A DNA stretch of 58,615 nt. It comes from Ministeria vibrans ATCC 50519. Taxonomy: Eukaryota; Protista; Filasterea. Positions 52,401 through 58,615 of the stretch are shown one piece after another. The notes beneath the pieces are model-generated. The model was not told the DNA's origin and made no database searches. It saw nothing but the letters and a program-made list of their open reading frames with translations. The number at the start of each line of letters is the position of its first letter. Position 1 is the stretch's first letter. The stretch covers positions 1 to 58,615 of the forward strand of contig CALSCP010000439.1 of NCBI GenBank assembly GCA_943704425.1. The letters are read 5' to 3'. The translations under genes and the position numbers were made by a program.

Positions 52401-55400
52401 ACCCAGAGTTCGAGACGGGAGATGAAGGGCGACGAGTCGGCCTGACGGTTGGGCTTGGGCAAAAACGACGCCAGCGGGTTCTGGAAGGGACCGGTGCCGG
52501 ACGGGACGGGAAGAGGGTAGTTACCGAGACGCACGGTGAGCGTCGAGATGCCGAACTCACCGAGAAGATCGAGTTCCAGACGGCGGTAGGTGGGGCGCAG
52601 ATCGAGGTTGGTGCACTCGAGAACGTTCTCGGCGATCTGCGCGGCGTTAGTGGGGCCGCAGCGGAGCGACGCCCACTCGTTAAGATCCGAGGCGGAACCA
52701 GCAACGTTGAGGTTGGCATCGGTGAGCCAGAACTCGCGGTCGGTCGAGTGAGCAAAGGCCGTGGCGGACACGGCGGCGTCAATGGAGAACTCCCACTCGC
52801 TCGTGGCCGTGTTGTACAAGGCCTTGAGGCAACGATTGTTGCTGTTGTGGACGCACAGCTTGACACGATCGGTGGCAACGAAGGGAAGATCCTCGGCGGC
52901 CGGGTCGGCGACCGTGGCGGCAATGACATCCCACAGGGCGGTGTCGTCGTTGGTGGCGATGCGACCACCACCAAGGTACTCGACGGTGGCGGACGAGGCG
53001 GTGTCGTGGTGGGTGAGGAAGGCCTTGATGGACGCCTGAATGGTGGTGAAGCCAGGGTTGACGGGTGCCGTGGACATGGGGCAGAAGTTGTTGGAGCCGG
53101 TCATGGTGGTGAAGACACCGCAGGTGCCGGCAACGGCACCGGCCGCACCGAGCGCCGCGATGAGCTGTGCGGAGGTGACAGCCTCACCGGAGATGACGTT
53201 GCGAGCGGTCACGACGACATTCTGGGGGTTGTTCTGAGCGGTGATGGTGGCCGAGATGATGTTGATGGCGACATTTGTGAAGCCACCGTGAGCGAGAAGG
53301 GCATTCTTGACAATGGCGATAAATTGCGACTCGAACGTGGCCGCGTTGGAGATGAACGAGTTGGTGAATGTGACCTTGACATACTGATCGGTGAGGGTCC
53401 AGTACGTGTCGACACCGGCCGTGTCGAGGGCGTCAAGGTCGATCTGATAGCCCGAGGCGTCGATGATGCCTGCGAGGTAGTCGCGGTGGTCGGGGTCGGT
53501 GCTGACCACACGGAACATGGAGACCTTTTGGTCCTGGAAGTTGCCATCGCTCGGGTACGACCAGTAGTTGGAGACCTTCTTGCCAAAGGCAAGGTTCTCA
53601 ATTTTGGTGTTTTGCAAGAGAATGTACTCACCGGCGTCAAAGGTGAAGATGATTTCTTGTGAAACGACCACAGTGCCATTGGAGGCAACGGCACGGACGC
53701 GGAACTTGATGCTTCGGTAGGAGGAGACGATGCTACGAATGGTGAGTGTAATGAGACGGAGCGCCGGAATGTTCTGGAGGTTGACGAGGCCGGCCGAGAC
53801 GAGGTTGCTCTGGTCGACGTCCTCCCAGTTGGTGTCCTCGAGGTTGGCCACCTGGTAGGTGAACGACTGGAGAGTGTCGTACTCGTTGACGGGGTCGGTG
53901 CTAGCCTGGACGTTGTACGAGTCACCCTCGGCAAGATCGGTGGAGGGCGCCGTCTCGGAGAGCTTCACGGTGAAGACGACAGGCGAGTCGCATGTGTAGG
54001 ACTCTATGCCATCGTGACAAATGTCACCATTCTGACACGGGTTCGAAGCGCAGTCATCAATGCTGGTCGAGCATGTGGTGTCGGTGAAGCCGCTGACGCA
54101 GTTGCAGGTGTACGAGTTAACACCATCGTTGCAGCTGGCACCATTCTGACACGGGTTCGAAGCGCACTCGTTGATGTCAGTCTCGCAATGCTTTCCCGTG
54201 TAACCGTTGCCGCAGACACACGTATACGTGTTAGCGCCATCAGCACATGTGCCACCGTTTTCGCAAGGGTTCAAGGCGCAATCGTCAATGTCAATGGTCT
54301 CGCAGTTATCACCGGCAATGCCATTGACGCAGGTACAATCGGTGATGGACTCGATGTTAAGACGAATGTTGATCACAACGGCGTCACCAAGATAGGGAAA
54401 GTCTGGCGCAATGGGAGTGAGTTTGTCTTTGCCAGGCGGAGTGCACGGTTCGGCGGAGATGTACGAAGTGCCCGTCTCAAAGTGGGCGTCGCCGTTGATG
54501 GTAAAGAACACATGGGCGTTTCGCCCGGAGAGGGTGGGGCTGTCGAGCTCGGCGACAATGTAGTCGCCGCACGTCACCGTGACCGGGCTAGGAAGAGCCA
54601 CCGAGTGGTACTGTTCGCCGGCGAGGTAGGCGGTCTGGAGCGTCGTGAGTGGCACGGTTGCCTCAGACAGCGTCGAGAGTTGTGAAAAGGCAGGAGTGCC
54701 AACATTTCCAGCGGCAATGGAAGACAGACGCAGGGTGAGAGTCTTTCCAGACACGTCACCGTCTATGCTCTGAATGCCAAACTCAATGTGAGTAACATCA
54801 ACGGAAGTACCACTGTAGTTGGCGTCGCCACACGGCTCGTAGATGCGGAAGAGACGGTTGGCGAACGTGTGCGACCCAGAGCCGCAGCTCACACCGCGAA
54901 ACACGTTGAAATCGGAGAAGTCGGTTGCTTGGTTCTGGAAGAGCACGGCCGCGTCACCACCGCTGCAAGTGCCGCCGTTGAGGCAGGGCGTCGCATTGCA
55001 CGATCCAACGAACGTGTCGCACACGTTGCCACCGTAGCCTTCGGAACACACACAAGTAGCTCCACTGCAGCTTCCGCCGTTTGCACAGCCAGTTCCAGGG
55101 CAGGTGTTGTCACGGCGTTGGCGCTACGAAAGAATTAGCGTGAGTGCGTTATGGAGCAAACGAGAAAAGGAAAAGTGCACTGAGACGATTTCGTATTGCC
55201 ACAGGGCATGGAATAGTTAATAGTTCAATAATCAATAAGGATGTAAAGGTAGGAGCAACTGACAAGAAGTCAGAAAAACGAATAGCCTGTGATCAGCGCA
55301 TAATAAAAAACTAAATGAACGAAGCTGTCAATCAAATAAAGACGAAGAAGGGCTTCCCAGTTCCCATCATGCCTTAATGATTAGGTATACCCAATTACAC

Positions 55401-55874
55401 GTGGGAAGTCAGTCCTGAGATAAACATGCACATCGGGAACGGAGCCGGAATTTGATGTTTGGACGAAGTTTGGACAAACGAAACAGAACGACTCTCCAAG
55501 GGTTTTCTTCAGTCGATTCGCAAGACACTTTCAATGTAAGATAAAGATAGTTAAAACAGCCACGGTCCAACCTATTCTGGTGTGAGATAAACTTAGCGCA
55601 AGCAACAAGTGGAAAAAGACGCGAGATTATTATTTTTCCGTCTACGCGGAATCCACACGGAGAGAGAATGGGCAAGGGCTGCTCGACGGTCACTGGCCAC
55701 AGCCCACAGGGCCTGGGTGAGATGTTGCGTCACGCGACGGTATTGTACCTGAAATGAAGCGGGAGAGTCGTGAAATATGGTCGGTTTGTTGAGTGGCAGG
55801 GCACCCCGAGTCGAGGAGATGAAGATGCACACAAGGAGAACAAGAAACAGCCTCTTTGGTCGTCTACACGGCAT
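40498..55874 (-). CDS. Giant (~4,800 aa) type-I membrane protein: signal peptide, EGF, laminin-N-like domain, ~12-13 laminin-EGF repeats, ~50 (mostly Ca-binding, Notch-like) EGF repeats with five inserted beta-sandwich domains, TM, short tail
   Basis: Exons 55874-55749 (signal peptide, tentative), 55123-47876, 47809-47690, 47634-46892 (with artefactual duplication), 46815-40498; all phase 0. Many DI(N/D)EC.S.PC.NGGTC repeats. YYSVRELRVTGYCLCNGHS marks the LamNT/LE junction. TM FGIIIGVVVVVVVVAALALLWW followed by KCPRKRK. Confidence 0.9.
42385..43340 (-). repeat. 114-nt near-identical EGF-coding repeats ([37 protein letters not shown]); N-gap 43040-43087 inside
   Basis: Nucleotide-level identity between units, e.g. 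CTCAAGCACTCATCAATGTTCACAGCGCACTCAACGCCCGTGTAGCCAGGCAC recurs 5 times. Confidence 0.85.
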
Positions 55875-56865
55875 AACCATCTACTGGTAGAGGCGAATGA
55901 AACGATTAAATTGTGTGTGTAATCAATCAACTTTTTTTTTCTTCGATTTAGAGCCTTCGTTCACTATAGCTAGCTAGATGACGTCTCTGTATTGTAAAAT
56001 TGAAGAAAGCCTTCGAAGGACATGCACTGTGTGTGATGTAGCAGACGCAAAATTCGAATGGATTCGTCGCAAACGCAAACTTACAACCGAACTTGAACTG
56101 AACACTCGTTCCAGTCCTCCTACGCGCCTTGTGTGGCGAGTGGCGACAAGAATCACAAGATTGGCATCGCGGCGATTATCCATGCTTGTAGTGATGGTCG
56201 GCGGCAAGAAAAGGTATATCAAACCTGCGGGTTTCACTTTTTTCAGTTTGGATATTTCACTTTTTTTGACTTTTGCTTTTTTGCTCGAAGAATTATACAC
56301 CATTGTAACGCAAACAATAAGTACGTATGTGTTGTGTGGTTGATGTGCTATCATTAGTGAGTATTTGAGGGCGTTTGGGGCGGCTTGAGGAGATTTTTGT
56401 CTGTGTCGTTTTTTTTGGAAAGCTCGCCTACAGATTGTACGTAATTTCCGTTGCGCTCGTTCGTGGCAGTGGTGTGTGGGGTTTATATGTGGCTGGTTTG
56501 TGGGGTCGATGAGGGGTAGGATGAGCACTAACTTTGTTTGGTTTTTTTTTTCTTTTGGGTTTTGTCTCGCCTGGGGGGCCTGCAGCTGGGCGTTTGTACG
56601 AAGTTTGTACTTCGTTTGTACGTGATTTTCAGTGCTATCATTCGTGCCAGTGATGTATGCAGTATGGGGTTGATGAGTGACTGTTTTGTGGGATTGGTGA
56701 GGGTCGGATGAGCGGTAATGTTTTTGTTTCGTTTTTGTTATCGCGCGCAACTCAAGCAAAATCAACAACCAAACCCCACCAGGCTGGGTCCCTTGATTAT
56801 ATCGTGCTTTTTTCTGTTGCGTGGTATGAGTGGTTCTGTATGATTGCTAACCACTTTTGCAGGCA

Positions 56866-57688
56866 ATGTTTCTGCTCGTGTTTTCTCTCTTCTTGAACTC
56901 GGCAATGGGTGAGAGTGCACAGGTGTACAACGACCAGGGCAATATTGTACTTCTCCCAACCCAAAACAGCTCCGTATTTATCGGATCTGTTGACGTTCTC
57001 AGGGAGATGGCAGCCATGAAAGCAGAAATATCTCTGCTGAAACAACAATTGCGAAATTCTTCAAGTGAAGGTGAGAGTAAAAATAATTATAATATTACGT
57101 GTGTATTTTATTGACCACTCACCAAACTCCGCATTTACGCCGTATGCGCACCTTTTCGCAGAAATCGTTTCTTTGACTGGAATCCGTAACATCACAGCGT
57201 TTACTTCCAGCGGCCAGCATGTTACGTATGGACCGCCTGATGCCACGCATGCATACGTCGAAATTGCAGGTGGTGGGGGTGGTGGCGGCGCCGCGGAGGG
57301 AAGCTCTTCCGGAAATCTGCACAAAGGAGGAAATGGCGGATTATCTACGTTTTCCTTTGGTTCATGTACTCTTGTTGCATTCGGTGGTAAAGGTGGTGCA
57401 CATGGGCATGGTGTTGGTGTGGTCGGGGCAGCCCACGGAACTGCAACTGGTCCAGTGTCAGTCACTGGAAGAGGGGCAGCTGGGGGAAGAGGCGGTGTGA
57501 ATCACCGGGCACCATCAACAGGCATGTCTGGTGGGAATGGAGGCTATGCTTCATGCATTGTTGATGTTCCCCACGGATTACCGGTTTCCGTAATCATTGG
57601 CGCTGGTGGCTTGGGTGGAGTGTCGAATGTGTATCCAGGCGACGGTGCCTCTGGAGTGGATGGTTGGGCTACACTGCTATGGTTTTAG
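56866..57688 (+). CDS. Secreted protein: signal peptide, cubilin-N-like/coiled-coil module, phage-tail-type glycine-rich domain
   Basis: Exon 1 MFLLVFSLFLNSAMGESAQVYNDQGNIVLLP..VLREMAAMKAEISLLKQQL. Phase-1 GT-AG intron 57071-57161. Exon 2 FTSSG....[58 protein letters not shown]. Confidence 0.75.
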
Positions 57689-58015
57689 CAGTCTAATCAA
57701 CGGGTTATTTTACTCTGTACTGGAGTTTGCTTAGAAATGAACACGGTGACATTTCACGGAGAAGGCTCGTTATTTTTCTTTCTATGTGTCCCATTGTTCG
57801 CCGCAGTAACCGGGCTAAGAAGCCAAAAAAGAGGTGATGTCGGTGGTTGAGTGCAGTCGCAAAAGACCTATTAGGGCGATAAACTTGGGTTTTATTATGA
57901 GACTTATTACCGGGCTTGGTAACTGGCTTGTTTATTGTCTCCCTTCGGTCGATTCGTCATTTCGGGATCCACATTAACACCTAAAAAGTTGAGCGTTTTA
58001 TGAAGTATACAATGG

Positions 58016-58418
58016 ATGACAAACATAGCGAATAAAGTTCGCAAAAAAGAACGCGACGCTAAACGATATCTTGCTAATAAGGAGAAGTTTCAGGCACAAC
58101 ATAAACAATACTATGCTGATCGTAGATGAACAGCAACAAAAGATAAGGTGTGATTGCGGTCAAGTCGTTGCTAAATATGCTCTGTCTCATCATCTGCGCT
58201 CTATTTTGCATAAAAATTGGCTCTCTGATGGCTGCTTTAAAAAGTTCACCATTGTTGACGACGAAGTTAATAAGCATGTTAAGATACAATATCGCGACAA
58301 AGACGGTAATCATAAGAGCATTACAAAACGATACCTGCGCTGTGGATATGATGCTGCTTATGAGGCCATTGTTGCAAAACAAGCCGAGTTAATAATTCTT
58401 GAATATGGTACTCAATAA
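58016..58418 (+). pseudogene. Frameshifted, intronless AT-rich gene resembling viral/Polinton-like or homing-endonuclease-associated DNA-binding proteins
   Basis: Frame 1: MTNIANKVRKKERDAKRYLANKEKFQAQHKQYYADRR* (stop 58127-58129). Continues in the +1 frame: KIRCDCGQVVAKYALSHHLRSILH (C.C..H..H zinc finger), then KSITKRYLRCGYDAAYEA. Confidence 0.5.
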
Positions 58419-58509
58419 TTCATTACTAACTCACTAAAAATTAGAATAACACATTTTGAATAATTTATTATAAGTTTTTACATAAGAATAATAATAATTA
58501 TTATTAATT

Positions 58510-58615
58510 AGAAGAAGAAGAATACAACCCATTTATTAATGATACAGTCACCACGCGAAGACACAGCCAGACCGCCTTGCAAACTCGACCGAAACTCTAG
58601 AGGTAACATGGGAGA
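58510..58615 (-). mobile_element. 3' end of the same non-LTR retroelement, running off the window end
   Basis: Matches ~39795-39893 with a few substitutions; has an (AGA)n/(TTC)n tail next to ATTAATT. Confidence 0.7.

Noticed and set aside
49424-53662. Long plus-strand ORFs (744 and 638 aa) antisense to the giant gene, and similar antisense ORFs over eIF3a, BRCA2 and the PfkB fusion
   Set aside because: Shadow ORFs from GC-rich codon bias; no recognisable motifs.
40498-55874. Calling the giant gene Notch, laminin or Crumbs
   Set aside because: No LNR/NOD/ankyrin domains, no laminin coiled coil and no LamG domains are visible; no gene symbol assigned.
55974-56768. ORFs upstream of the giant gene (264 aa minus, 121 aa plus)
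   Set aside because: No motifs and compositionally biased; more likely UTR/intergenic sequence.

Overview
Gene-dense eukaryotic scaffold from a draft assembly (7 N-gaps). It has GC-rich exons, short GT-AG introns that often contain (CT)n/(CA)n/(TAA)n tracts, and AT-rich intergenic spacers of ~150-600 bp. The gene content (laminin-type and Notch-like EGF receptor, HYR, UBR7, RPAP3) suggests a unicellular relative of animals; this is inference only. Genes reconstructed by hand: CoA-transferase III, a PH-domain protein, POP1, RPAP3, GST, sideroflexin, a PfkB-kinase/SIS-isomerase fusion, a mitochondrial dicarboxylate carrier, UBR7, CDC23 (5' half), PRPF6 (3' part), eIF3a, FANCJ/BRIP1, BRCA2 and SFT2. 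Main unusual observations: (1) a ~4,800-aa type-I membrane protein in which five ~180-210-aa bacterial-type beta-sandwich domains are each inserted at the same point (between Cys3 and Cys4) of an EGF module, together with a laminin-N-like domain, laminin-EGF repeats and ~50 EGF repeats. (2) A secreted HYR/PKD/DUF285 (BspA-type) protein with one phase-0 exon per repeat. (3) A cubilin-N-like putative trimerisation module shared by two secreted proteins that carry prokaryote/phage-type cargo domains. (4) A non-LTR retroelement family leaving ~30-bp insertions with target-site duplications. (5) A 4.2-kb block inside a UBR7 intron, bounded by poly(A) and containing a CDC23/PRPF6 chimera, which is probably a misassembly. 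All family assignments come from motif recognition; no database search was run.
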